In this document: piece after piece, positions 40,450 through 53,625 of the stretch | Layout of the letters: each line of letters opens with the position of its first letter | Position numbering within the stretch: the first letter of the stretch is position 1 | Origin: Chiloscyllium plagiosum | Lineage: Eukaryota | Direction: 5' to 3' | DNA: 64,000 nucleotides | Assembly (NCBI RefSeq): GCF_004010195.1 | Contig: NC_057756.1 | Span: 4,123,603-4,187,602, forward strand | Program-made: the position numbers and the translations under genes | Notes under the pieces: model-generated | What the model saw: only the letters and a program-made list of their open reading frames with translations | Told to the model about the DNA's origin: nothing | The model's database searches: none

Positions 40450-43400
40450 GAACTGATTCCGACGTATTCAATTAAGGGTCGTGTAAAAGTATCCTCAAAA
40501 GCAAAAAATGAGTGTTCAGGGTGTTGGTTTTTTCACTACCTGAGGCACTCCCGTTAACTGACAAGTATGACGATGCTGTAGGATTCAGAGGTTAATTTAT
40601 CTTTTTTGTAAAGAAAGGTGGAACGTTAGGTGGTGAGTTATCTGGAATAAAGTGAAGAGCTTGTGATACGTTGGGGAGTATAATGAAGTGAAATTGATGT
40701 CTTAAGTGCATATGAGCCAGGATTAGAAGCCTACGGACGAAGTTTCAACAATTTAATGGTGCAACCTGGTCAAATGTACATCGAGTATGAAAGGATCATG
40801 CAAAGTAATTTTGTTCGTTCGATAACGATATTGAAAAAAATGTGACGTCCATGGCGGTCTTATTGTAGAGTACTTCAAAAATTCACTTCGTGAAGTAATG
40901 AAAAGATAGAACGCAACAGCACAATGACCGCTATTCAGCCCTCGATGTTGTGCCGAACTTTATCCTACTCTAAGACCAAACTTAGCTGCATAACCTTTAT
41001 TTTCCTGCGATCTATGTTCCTATGCAAGAGTGACTCAAATTTCCAGAATGTAGTAAATCTACAATCACTGCTGCCAGTATAGTACAAGCAAACACCACTG
41101 TCTGTGAAAGGAAATTACCTCTGATATCTCCCCTAAACGTTCCACCAATCACCTTAAAATTATATCGCCTTGTGATAGCCATTATTGCCCTGGGAAAAAG
41201 TCTTTGAATATTCAATCTATCTACTATTTCCACAACTCTATTGAGCCACCTCTCATCCTTTAGTTACGAGGAGAAAAGCATAACCTCGTCAGCCTTCCTT
41301 CATAAGGCATGCACTCCAATCCAGGCAACATTCTGATAAACTTCCTCTGCACCTTCTCTAAAGTTGATATATACTTTCTATAATGAGCCGTTGTAGAACT
41401 CAACAGAATATTTCAAATGTCCTCTCGCCAGGGCTCTATCGATCTGCAGCATACACTCATGGCTTTTAAACTCAGTCCCCCGTTAATGAAAGCCTTCTTA
41501 ACCACCCTATCTAATTGGTGTAGAAAAGTTGAGGGAGCTATGTTCCTGTACCCCAAGATCCATCTTTTTCTCCACACTGCCAAGCATCCCCCATTTAACA
41601 TTGAATTCTGCATGCAATTTCTATTTTCCAAAATGAATCACTTCACAATTTCCCAGGTCGAACCATATTTGACACTTCTCAGCCCAGCTCTGCATCCACT
41701 CACTGTCCCGTAGCAACATACAACAATCTGGCACACTCTTCACTTCTCTACTAACTTCGTGTCATTGGTAAACTTCCTAACCCAACCATCCACTTCCTCA
41801 TCCAAGTCATTTATAAAAATTGCAAAGAGCAGATATCCCAGAACAGATCCCTGCGGAACACCACTGGTCACCAAACTCGAGGCTGAATACTTTCCATCTA
41901 CTACTATCCTTCTCTCTTCTACGGACCATTCAATTCTGTATCCACACTGCAAATTTCCCTGTACCACATGCCTCCGCACTGACTGAATGAGCCTACCGTA
42001 GGGATACTTATTAAACGCTTTACTAAAATCCATGTACACCACATCCACTGCTTTACCTTCAGCAATGTGCTCTGTCACATCTTCAAACAATTGAATAAGT
42101 ACTGTGAGGCATGACCTGCCTCTCAGGAAGCCATGGTGACTATCTCGAATCAATCTATAGCTTTCCCAGAAATCACAAATCCGAATCTTATCCAATAATT
42201 TCCCTACCACAGAGGTAAGGTAGTCCAGTCAGTAATTCTCGCGATCATCACAATTCCCTTTCTTGAATTCTTGCCAAAGAGCACAGACCAAAATATGCAA
42301 GATTAGCTGTGCAACAACTTATTATCAGTTGTTTGAAAAATCAAAGCATGGCTCCCTACATCAGTTTCAGTGGTGAGGGATAGAAATTGGAGAAAAGAGA
42401 GATCCTCTGGTGATAAAGGAAAAGGATACCTCATTGTAGAATAAGAAATATTGTACCACAGGCTGAATAGGAAACCCATAAGTGGAAAACGGAAGTAAAT
42501 AAGCTCAGAGTGTTCTTTTTTAAGTGCAATAAAATAGGCTATATGAAGTTCACTGTTTATGCTTTAGTGAAAATACAGATAAGACTGACGTGGGAAAATA
42601 GTATAAGCCAATGTGTTTTGTGGAAGTTTAAAGGAAAGCACAGTTTATGCTTTAAAGCTTCAACATAACATACACGGGGTGGTTGAGAAGAAGGTGCCAG
42701 ATATCCATAACGAATTTACTTATGAGGTTATGGTTCACTGCTATTCGCCAACAGGAGCAGGTGATGAACCGAAAACTTTAATGTTCGATGGTGATATATG
42801 AACAGACAAGTAATTGAGCAGGATTATTGCGAGGAAAAGTGGCAATGAGTTTAATTCATTGTGAGAGGAGCAGGCCTCCATCATATCGACTGAATTTGGA
42901 TAAGCAGTCAAAAATGATGAAATGGTTGTCGAAAGAGTGGAACATTTCTCTGGTTCACAAATACAACTTGTACTTGATAACGATATAGCGATATCACAGT
43001 TCAAAATGATTTGCACTGTATGGCAATAACGAGTGCAACATCAGACAATTGAGGTTCTACAGAAAGCATATTCTGAGACTTTTCCTGATGGTGTGATAAC
43101 AAGGTCACAAAGTCATAGACTGATGTAAGAGGAGAAATCAAGGATTAAGGTTAAATAAGTTGAAGTGCAATTATCCGAGACCATGTTTGATTAAATAGTG
43201 GAACAAAGAAAATAAAAACAAGAACAGATGGAGAACAAATTTCAGAGAAAGTAATTCAATAAGCCAATAGAACGATGAAAGCATGCACAGAAAAAAAAAA
43301 CTGACTGCATTCCAGCATGTTAGTATTTGAAAAGCAAAGTCTTCATGAGCAAATTGAAACCATCACATAATAGGGTGGATGCAAAATGGGCACATTTTCA

Positions 43401-44060
43401 TCAAGTTATATTTGTGGCAGGCTTTCGAAAGTAAGTGCTGCGGGTAGACCATGAATTATTTGCAGGATGCATTTTGAGAGTAAAGAATATTCAAGTCAAT
43501 GTACAAAAACAATTTTATGATTTGCAATGCACAAGGATATTTTTGAATTTTGTCAGGAAGTGATAAAACCAGGACCTTTAACACCTGGTTGCATTACGAC
43601 CCCAGTACGCAATCAATTCGACCCCTACATAAAAGAAAAAAAGGTGGGAATCAGTCCTGTTGCCCATAATGGATGTGTCCACTAGCTTTCCAGAGGCCAA
43701 TTCATTATGCAATGTTAAGTCTCAAAGAATTGCCGAAGATTTGCACAACTTCTTCACCAGAAATCGGCTACCAACAGAGATGCAATCAGATCAAGGAAAA
43801 ATGTTGTATTAAAATTAAAACATTAAACCATTGGTTGCTGTAACCCAAAGACCTGGTGATCGTTAGTTACACATGGAATGAATATAGGCAGCATCTAACG
43901 CAATTATTGGCTTGTCTCTGAGCAGCGGGTTTGGCGATAAACCTATTGGCTTAGAGGGAATTGGCAACAACTTAAGTCACATTGCTGGGCCATGTTATTG
44001 GACGTGGACGATTGCTCCACGTGCTGGAAACACAAAGGTTATTGGAGAGTTTCCCATATG
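40450..44060 (+). mobile_element. decayed Gmr1-type element (gag-PR-IN and an RT remnant); RNase H continues at about 49290-49560
   Basis: LSAYEPGLEAYGRSFNNL gag remnant; FPDGVITRSQS; IMDVSTSFPEA integrase; LGHVIGRG RT; FKLAIDASNVGIGA at about 49340. Confidence 0.75.
40905..42268 (-). mobile_element. CR1 LINE RT/3' fragment inserted in Gmr1 gag
   Basis: HGFLRGRSCLT, YMDFSKAF, SGVPQGSVLG and KFTNDTK. Confidence 0.9.
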
Positions 44061-47000
44061 ACCTGTTTCAGACTGTCTTTCTCCTGCCACTGAACGCCTC
44101 TGTTTCTCATTCAGGCCCAGCCATAATGTTTTCTCATTCTGCCACATGCACAATTTTCAAATTGAGTGGCTTTAACAACAAGTTCATTCTAAACAGCCTG
44201 CCATTTTTGTCATTGAATTTCTCCACAAAGTTCAATGGGTGATGGTCACTGTATATTATTGTCTCAGATACGTAAGTGGTAACATAAACAATGAAATTTG
44301 TAACGCCAACACCAAGCTCAAAGTCTCCTTCTCGACTGTCGAATATTTTTGCTAATTGATATTCAGTTTCCCAGAGAAATACCTGACACGTCTTTCTGTC
44401 CTCTTGTTGACTTCCTGCAAGGCCATAGCATCGATATCCACATCACTTGCATCGATAGCCACCTTTAACAGCTCTACATAATTAGGTCTGCCTAACATTG
44501 TGGCAGTTATTAACACAGTTTCCAGTCAGATACCTTTAGACAGTCCTCTGTACATTGAAGCCTCTTGCTTTTCTTTTGCTGTTCAATGAGTGAAGCACCC
44601 ACAATACTAACATTTGGAACGAACTTTTGATAAAATCCACTTAAGCTCCTGAACCACAGTACTTCTCTTTTAGTTGATGGCATGTAAAAATTCCCCAATT
44701 ATCTTTGTTTTTGCGTCACGTGGATATTTGTCCGTGTCCAATATACTGGCCAAGGAAGGTGACTTGGCCTTTCACAAATTCACGTTTAGACAAATATATC
44801 ACAAGCCTGCCTTCTGAAGTCGATGGAACAAGTCCGATAAATGTTGAAAATGCTCCTTCCAGATTTAAGCAGAAATCACCACGTCATCTACATACGTGAC
44901 AAGATTGGGTAATTCAGCAGTGAATTGTTTGGTTAATCTCTGAAAAATGGCAGGTGCAATTTTCATAATATATGGCATGAGTTAAACTGATGCAGTCATT
45001 TCTGTGTTACAAAAGCCGAAGTTACCTTTTCTTTTTCGCACTAAGTTATGGACCAGTATCCTCTGAGCAATCCGACATAGACATACAAGTTGCATGTCCC
45101 AACTTTTGAACACAGACTTACAAATGCAAACTCGGACATGCATCAGTCTTTCTAACTGCATTGACTTTGCGATAGTCTGCATATGACCTTTGGGTGCCAT
45201 CTGGTTTTGTTACCGCTAGTATCGGTGGGCTTCAGTCGTTGTAACCCTAGTTATGTCATTTGGAGCATGTGTTTAATCTCCTTTTGAACCTGTGCCAACT
45301 GCAGAAGGTTATGCATGCCAGCATGTTGTTTAAACAGAATAGGATCTCTTGTGTCTACATCATACACAATTAGTTGAGTACTTCCTAGCTTATTTCCACA
45401 TACCTCCCCATGTATTACCAATAATTCTTTCAGATCATTTCGATTGTTCTCTGGGGGGGTAAATTAATAATTTAGAACGATTTATGATCACTTCCTCATT
45501 GTTCAATTTATTTTGTCTAATGTTCAATTCAGAATCCTCTGAAATTGGTTCTTTGCTCTGTGTTGGAATTAATAACGCAGCCTCCTGCGGCTTTGCTTTC
45601 CTGCGACAATACCTTTTCAGTATATTCACAGAACACACTCTGTGAGATCTCTTTCTGTCTGGAGCCCTTATGAATTAGTTCAGCTCTCTGAAGTTCCTTT
45701 TGCCTTGATTATGTACACAAAACATTTTTTAAAGATTCACCTATTACTGGAAATAATATAAACACGTTCTCCCCGCCAGCAAAGTTGCGATTTTTTGGTG
45801 TCTTATCTGCTTCCTTCTTCATTTTATGTTGTGGTACTTTTAAATGCTGTCTCACCATCTCTCCAGCTCAATTTAATCGTTCCCGAAAATTTGACGCATA
45901 ATCTAAATGTGCGTCTCTGAATTCTGAATAAATAATTTCTCCTTCCTCAATATTGGCACCTCATGCCAAAAAAAACTAATTCAAATGGACTGAATTCGGT
46001 TCAAATTATTTGTTACTTCCCTGATCCTAAAAGTCCAAAGGGAATTCCGTTATCCCAATTATCTGGATAGTTTTCACTGTAAGCTCTAATTATGGTTTTC
46101 AATGTCCGATGTCACCTTTCAACCTTGTTTTAAGACCATAAGACCATAAGCTCTCAATATGACACTTGAATAATTTTACTGTGAAGTTTGAGCCTTGTTC
46201 TGATTGGGTATCTGTATCTAGTCAAATACTGGAGCAATTCCTCTACAGTCTTGTTAGCTGTGATATTGTGTAACAGGACGGTCTCTGCAAATCTAGTGGA
46301 CACATCCATTCTTATCGGACACTTTCCTCATTCCTGAAGAAGTGCGTATGCCCGAAACGTCGATTCTCCTGTTCCTTGGATGCTGCCTGACCTGCTGCGC
46401 TTTTCCAGCAACACATTTTCAGCACATCCATTCCTATCAACAAGTACTGATTTTATATTTCAAGTAAGGGTCTAATGCAATCAATTAAGACTCTTGTAAA
46501 TGATTGCTCAAATACAGATTTAGGTATAAAGGATGGGGCATTTAATACTGCCTATGTATGACATGTCTGACAAAACTGAACTAAATCTTTGTGCAGTCCA
46601 GTCCAGAAATAAAAGATTTCCATTTTAGCTTGAGATTTTATCAGTCCTAAAATTCTCCATTAGGTTCGCTTGTGTGTCACTCGCAATACCACCTTTCTCT
46701 TACCCACTGGCAAATCTATTTGATGAGCTTTTCTGCATTTCTCGTCTGCCTGAATCGATGATGGTCTGCATTAACCCATTAAGACATCTTTTTTGAATGA
46801 TAATAACATTCAGGTATATATTGGGATTTTTTTTTCTGTTTATGCCTTTTGATATACCAGCTTTAAAGTTTCGTCTTTCTGATGCAAATCAGTTAATTTC
46901 TCTGAGCTGAAGATGTCTGCTGTGCCAACTATCTACTCCTCGCTTGTCTCAAATATCTGATTAAATACGATCTCTGCTAGTGGCACTTAAACTTTCTTAT

Positions 47001-49160
47001 CTGGACGCTTTGATCTCTCATATTTCAACTGGTGACTTTGTGACCTTGGTATCACGCAGTCAGGAAAATTCCCAGAATATGTGTTCTGCAATGGTACAGT
47101 TGCCGGAATTTCAACTGGCTTTTCAAACACAGTAGTCAGCACTGCCCCCGGTGAATCAGCGACATCATTATCAAATACAAATTGTATTCCTGGAGCTGAC
47201 AGTTTGTCCAATACTTCTAACATGTCTTCTGCACTGTTCACTGCCCTGTTTACATAATTTAGCGCTTCTTGTCATACATGAATTCCCATTGCTCCTAGCA
47301 TTGTCTGCAATAATCCTTCACAGATTCATGTCCTCTCATCTTTCAACATCACAGATTGACAGGATCCTTTATCTCTTAAAAATGCAAACTCTTTACGTGC
47401 TGGTCCAGGCCCATTTGAATAAACGTTATCTTCGCAGGTACATTGTTTGAAAAGTTCTGGCACTTCCTTATTAACCAATGTCTGACCAGCTTGTACATTC
47501 TGGTGCAGCTTTTTAGCCTCCACTGTGCTTTCTGTTACCATGACGACAAAATTCACTGGCTTACCCAGTTTTGCGAAAGCTGGCTTCCCAGTTTATTTTC
47601 CCCCTAACCAACCAATACTATGATTTCATTTGGGCAAAGTTATTGCAGTGAAATCACTGGAGCGTTTAGCCTTCTCACTCTTTTCAAGCTTTTCCTTTTT
47701 ACCATGTGGTGAGTTATCCTAATGATCTTCACCATGATCTGTCTTATCCTTTTCACTTGAATATTTCTCTTCTTCCCAATTTCTGCACCTCATGAATGAA
47801 ATTGATGTTGGAAGCCAAGTTTCGATTTATGGACTTGTAATCATCAGCCATTTCAGCTGTTAACCTTGCCGGTTTTTTTTTTCTCTGCCCTTTCAAATGA
47901 GTCTGCACTACTTCAGGAAGTGAATTTTGAACTCCTCCAAAATAATCATCTCACAATTTGTTAGATACTTTCAAAATCTTTGTAGATTTGAACAGGGCGC
48001 ATTCTTTGGTTACTGAAACCTTGTCTGCAGATTATTGGCACAAGATCATATGCACTTAAAATGACTTTCTTCACCACTTCAGATGCACCAGATTTCGCAT
48101 CTTATAGTGATGCAAATACCTGGCTAGCTCTACCTACAATTTTCTTTGGATCAACAGAACCCAAACGTCACTGGCCACTACGTTTGTTTATCGACCATTT
48201 AAATTGAGAAGAAAAAGGCTTCAAATTTAAGCTATGATGGAAAATATTTAAACACTTTCTCAACAGATCGTTGGCTACCTTGGTTTCGTTCATTCTGACT
48301 CTCTTCCTCACGAAGTCCTCCTTCAGCCTTCAGTTCCGTCCTTCTAACTTGACTTTACTGACTAAGTGTCAATTTTGAAGTTCCAAACTCCTCTTTTTCT
48401 TCCTTCCATCTCTCTCCTTTTCACTCTCAGCTGCCACGCTTTCTCTCCCTCTTTCTCTCTTTGCTGTATCTCCTTTTGAATTTTTGGCTCGTTCTTCTCT
48501 CTCTCTCTCTCTCTCTATCTTTCCTCTGATTTTAAAGGTAATTCATAGTATTTTGCGTCGAACTCAAGCTGCTTCACTTTTAATTGAATATTAGCCATCT
48601 CTGAAGATTCTGACGGCGTTTCAGGCAAATTTAATTGTTGAGCTACTGCACTAATTATCTCTGTTTTACGTACTGAAGGAGGCAGCTCCAGCTCCAGCTG
48701 ACCTACTATCTCCAGAAGCTTGGCCTTGACCTCATTTTGTAAAACACGCAAGTTTACTTCTTCCACTGCTAAAAATCTCCTGATGACAGAAGGAGTCATT
48801 GCTATCCCAAGCACTGCTTAAACCAACCGAATTCAACACCCAGGACAAGAGACACTAACACATGCCTCTGTCTGACTTTGAGTCCCATAACCCCATTCTT
48901 AAATTGGAACTACAAGAAAAATCCCTAAAGATCCCCAATCTTTTAGGGACCAGGCCAGACACCTCAAAAGATTTCAAGAAAGTAGACTTGTTTTAAGTAT
49001 GTGTAAGGTGAATATTCCAAGAGAGTTGCCGGTGGTCTTTTTATTTAGTTTTAAACATGACAGATGTTATTTATCATTTACCATATAAAACACAAGCACA
49101 AGAGAACGAAATACAGAATATGTTAACATATCAGAGAACTCAAAGATTATTCCAACTTGA
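44060..49160 (-). mobile_element. near full-length decayed Gmr1-type Gypsy element with PBS and 5' LTR remnant
   Basis: gag start ORF 48515-48814; protease FLRDKGSCQSVM (~47360); FPDCVIPRSQS; integrase about 46720-45900; RT about 45340-44500; RNase H VAIDASDV (~44450); reverse complement ttggggatctttagggat at about 48920-48940 resembles a tRNA-Pro PBS. Confidence 0.85.
46317..46422 (+). mobile_element. 106-bp hammerhead-bearing Penelope-derived insert with a 16-bp target-site duplication
   Basis: TSD cacatccattcttatc (46301-46316) and cacatccattcctatc (46423-46438); core ctgaagaagtgcgtatgcccgaaacgtc. Confidence 0.85.
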
Positions 49161-49694
49161 TGTTGCTCTACCAAATTTTCGGAGTTTATGCGGTGGAGAC
49201 CATCGTCGACCACATCAGAGGGGAAATTGTGGTCTTTGAAGAAGGAGGCCATTCGGGTTGTTCGGTAGATTTGAATTCACTGGAAAAAATAAGCCAAAGA
49301 CAGCATAGCTTTGTCAAAGGAGTAGCATCGGCGCAGAATTCAAGCTGGCTATTGATGCAAGTAATGTAGGCATTGGTGCTAAACTCTTACAAGAAGACGA
49401 AGAGCAGATAGAAAGACGCATTGGTATTTATTTCCAAAACAAAATCACGTAAAGATATAATCCACTTTTGAGAAGGAAACTTTTGGTATTAATGTTACAA
49501 CATTTCAATATCTATATTTGCAGCAACGTGTCTGAGCCAATTGTAAGCACTAAACAGAGCAGGACAATCGAACATAATGAGCAGCACAATGTAACAGCTT
49601 GGATGAAGAAAGCTGGAGGCATTCAGTGGCAGGAGCAGTTCAACTGAAGTAGACTGCAGTGATGATGATGTGCATGCTGAGAATCAATGTAATG

Positions 49695-50868
49695 TGTAGT
49701 GGAATTGGTCCTCTTGGGAGCAGATGCGGTGGAGGCGAACGAATTCGGAATACATGATGGCGTTTTTACAGGGGGCAGGGTGGGAGGAGGTGTAATCTGG
49801 GTAGCTGTGGGATTAGGTTGGTTTGTAGTAATCTGCATCTGCTCGCAAGCGGACCTATTCCACTATCGAACAACCCAAATGGCCTCCTTCTTCAAAGACC
49901 ACAATTTCCCCTCTGATGTGGTCGACGATGCGTTCCACCGCATCTCCTCTACTTCCTGCACCTCCGCTCTTGAACGCTGCCCCTCCAAACGCCACCAGGA
50001 CAGAACCCCGCTGGTCCTCACCTTCCACCCCACCAACCTCCGGATACATCGTATCATCCATCGTCATTTCTGCCACCTCCAAACAGACCCCACCACCAGG
50101 GATATATTTCTCTCCCCCCTCCCCGCTCCATATCAGCGTTCCGGAGAGACCACTCCCTCCGCGACTCCTTCGTCAGGTCCACAACCCCCCACAACCCCTC
50201 CTCCGCTCCCTGCACCTTCCCCTACAAACGCAAGAAGTCCAAAACGTATGCTCACACCTCCCCCTCACCTCCCTCCAAGGCTCCAATGGATCCTTCCATA
50301 TCCATCGCAAATTCATCTGCACCTCCACATACATCATTTATGTATGCACCCGATATGGCCTCCTCTACATTGGGGAGACAGGCCGCCCACTTGCGGAACG
50401 TTTCAGGGAACATCTCTGGGACACCCGCACCAATCAACCCAACCGCCCGTGGCTGAATACTTTAACTCCCTCTCCCATTCCGCCAAGGACATGCAGGTCC
50501 TTGGCCTCCTCCATCGCCAGACCCTGACCACATGACGCCTGGAGGAAGAGCACCTCATCTACAGCCTAGGAATCCTCCAACCACACGGGATAAATGTAGA
50601 GTTCTCCAGCTTCCTCATTTCTCCTCCCCCACCTTATCTCAGTCCCATCGCCCGGATTCACCACTGCCCTCTTGACCTGCAATCTTCTTCCCGACCTCTC
50701 CGCCCCCACCCCATCTCCAGCCTATCACCCTCACCCTCACCTCTTTCCACCTATCGTATTCCCAGCGCCCCTCCCCAATGTTCCCTCTCCCCTACCCTTT
50801 ATCTCAGCCCGCTTGGCACACCAGCCTCATTCCTGAATAAGGGCCTATTTCTGAAACGTCGATTCTCA
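49695..50868 (+). mobile_element. Penelope-like element 3' half with GIY-YIG endonuclease and an inverted 5' segment
   Basis: CTRYGLLYIGETGRPLAERFREH; 49695-49829 is antisense RT-thumb sequence; terminal repeat ttcctgaataagggcctatttctgaaacgtcg. Confidence 0.9.
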
Positions 50869-51175
50869 AGTAAAATCTAATAACTTATTTTGAGAATAAT
50901 CAATGAAGTGGCTTTGAAGTTGTTCTATCCATTTACTCCAAGTAATGGTTTGTATCTTGATTTAGCAGACAGTTCTATCAATGGCAAATTACTGGTTAAA
51001 TGCATGTGTGCACCCACCTTCATATACAACCATATATAATTTTGTTGATTGGCATATCCAACTCATCATTCACAGAGATAAATGTCTCCGTAAACTTCAT
51101 TACACGATAATTTTGTAAGTTTTTAAATTTTCTGTGTGACTGCATCATGTTGAAATTTAAAGTACTCAAGTTAAT

Positions 51176-51376
51176 TCTGAGATGCTGGTGTTGGAAACGG
51201 GTGTACAAAGTTAAAAATCACACATCACCATCTTATTGTCCAACACGTTTAATTGGAATGACTAGCTTTCGAAGTGCTGCTCCTTCACAACAACCTAACG
51301 AAGCAGCTGCCATCCGATGCTAATGCTTCCAATTATACCTGGAGGATTATAACCTGATGTTGTGTGATTTTTAACT
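51176..51376. mobile_element. diverged second copy of the 21748-21978 palindromic element
   Basis: gttaaaaatcacac...gtgtgatttttaac inverted arms. Confidence 0.75.
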
Positions 51377-52212
51377 CAATTTAATTCAAATTTTGTTTCT
51401 CTTATTGTCGTTGGCATCGACGACTTCATCATATATTTTCACCAGCTTTTGTTCAAATGGTTTCAGTATCCATTTCACAGCTATTATCCTCTCATCTTAG
51501 TTTGTAACTTCAGGAGCAACCTTTAGGAAATTAGTCGAGTTTCTGAATCCTTGATAACAACTTCAGCCGTAGGCATAGATTCACTAAGAATCTGCCAAGC
51601 AAATTTCACAACTGGGAAAAGGAATTTTTTGCAGTTCTCCATCACATCCTGCATCAAGTATTCTGGGCACATTAACTCAATCATGCAGTGTGAGCGAGTC
51701 TGGAGAGACGCTTTCTTATTTTTCGTAACCTCGACCTGATTTTCTCTAGTCAACCAGCATTCCCTATTCGCAGCAGCCTTTCCTTTTACCCCAACAGGAA
51801 TATTGTATACTGTCTCTGGACCACATTTATCTCATTTTACAATGATAAAGGTTGCATTCTCTCAAAATGGAAACTCCCCAATTCCTCCATCTCGTGAAAC
51901 TGGAAACTGCCACTTGAGAATAATGAAAAAATAAAGAGTATTCCAAACGAATGCTTTGATGAGGTGAGCTCTGGTCAGTCATTTAGATCCGTAGGTTACC
52001 ACTTGCACAGAGAATGCTTTCTACCAAAGCAGCACCAGGTCAGTGTCAGACACACAGACAGAATGGGCAAATAGTTTCAGATCTGAACTCACATCACCTA
52101 GCCGAGGTATCGGAAGCTGTGTTCACCTATTCTGGTAAAGATCTCCAAAGTTATGTCATCAAGATCGGCCCAATAGTGCGATATAAAAAAAATCCATTAT
52201 TCAAAATTGCAT

Positions 52213-52420
52213 TCCTTCAGGATACACAACCTTTTCTCAGTCCCATCCTGCAGGTTCAACAAACCAATCTCGGTCCCATCCTTCAGGATACACAACCCAT
52301 TGTTGGTCCAAACCTAAAGATTCTATGAATCCCACTACCTCTATCCTCCTGCAGGATCCATGTCCCTTCCTACATTTCTACCTTCCTCCAGGTTTTGCAT
52401 CCCTTCCTACCTTGGCAAAA
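52213..52420. repeat. degenerate 33-bp minisatellite
   Basis: tccttcaggatacacaaccttttctcagtccca / tcctgcaggttcaacaaaccaatctcggtccca / tccttcaggatacacaacccattgttggtccaa, then decayed units. Confidence 0.8.
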
Positions 52421-52729
52421 TGGCCCAGACTCTAAAACTCTTCTTCCCCTGCATTGTTCGACAGAAGGGCATTGGAGGGTGGCGGGGCTTACAGAGATAA
52501 GGAGGGATATCAGAACGGGAGGGTTATGCAGCTTTTAGGTATATCGTAGTGGCAAAAAAGAAACTTCGGTAATTTTGAGGGTCCATTCTAATAAATGAGG
52601 TAACAGAGCTAAGGAGGAGTGTAGCCACTGGAAGAGATTTCACAGTTTTTCAGTTACAGGGACTTGAGCAAGTTACTAAAATAGGGAAGGTTTAAGATTG
52701 AAGGATTTTGCAGAAACTCTTTACAGGGT

Positions 52730-53625
52730 TAAAGACAGGATTCTTGCGTTGTGTGGAGTTACAGAAAACTTTCGTGGTCCACGTCCACAGATCCCACAAA
52801 GTTGCTACCTAAGTTGATAGTGGTGTTAAGAAGGTATATGATGTTTTGGCTTTCATTAGCAGGGACATTGAGTTTAAGAGCCGTGAGGTTATGCTGCTGC
52901 TCTGTAGAGCCCTGGTTAGACCACATTTGGAATGTTATGTTCAGTTCTGGTTGCCTCATTACATGAAAGATGTGAAGGCTTAGCAGAGGGTGCAGAGATT
53001 TTTCAGGATGCTGTCTGTACTGGTGGGCACGTCGAATGAAGAAAGGTCAGGTGAGCCAGGGCTTTTCATCAGGTTTTATTAGGTTTCATTCCCTACAGTG
53101 TGGAAACAGGCCCTTCTGCCCAGCAAGTGCAGAACACCAACCCTCCAAAGAGTAGCCCACCTAGACCTATTCACCGTAACCAATGCACCTACTTCTATGG
53201 GAAACTTAGCAATACCAATTAACCTTACCTTCACAACTTTGGACTGTGGGAGGAAACCCACATAGACACAGGAAGAATGTGCAAACTCCACACAGACTGG
53301 AGGCTGGAATCGACCCCGGGTCCCTGGCGCTGTGAGGCAGCAGGGATAACCGCTGAGCCACCATGCCACCCCATTTTCTCATTGGAATGTAAAAGGAAGT
53401 GAGGTGACCTGATTGAGGTGTACGAGTTGATGAGCGCATGCATAGAGTGGATGGCCCAATAAGTTTCCCATTGTGAAAATGGCTATAACGAGGGAGCATA
53501 ATTTAAAGGTAATTGGCGGAAGGGTCAAGGAGATATCAGAGGTAGATTCTATGCACAGAGACTAGTGGGTGAGGGAATGCATTGCCAGCGTTAGTGCAAG
53601 TTTCAGATACATTACGGGCATTCAT
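52730..53625 (+). mobile_element. CR1 3' fragment with an antisense HE1-like SINE at 53078-53371
   Basis: ctggttagaccacatttggaa (LVRPHLE); the CR1 resumes after the SINE at ttttctcattgga. Confidence 0.85.

Noticed and set aside
49699..50535. 278-aa proline-rich ORF
   Set aside because: It spans an inversion junction and a frameshifted Penelope element; the proline richness reflects off-frame C-rich sequence.
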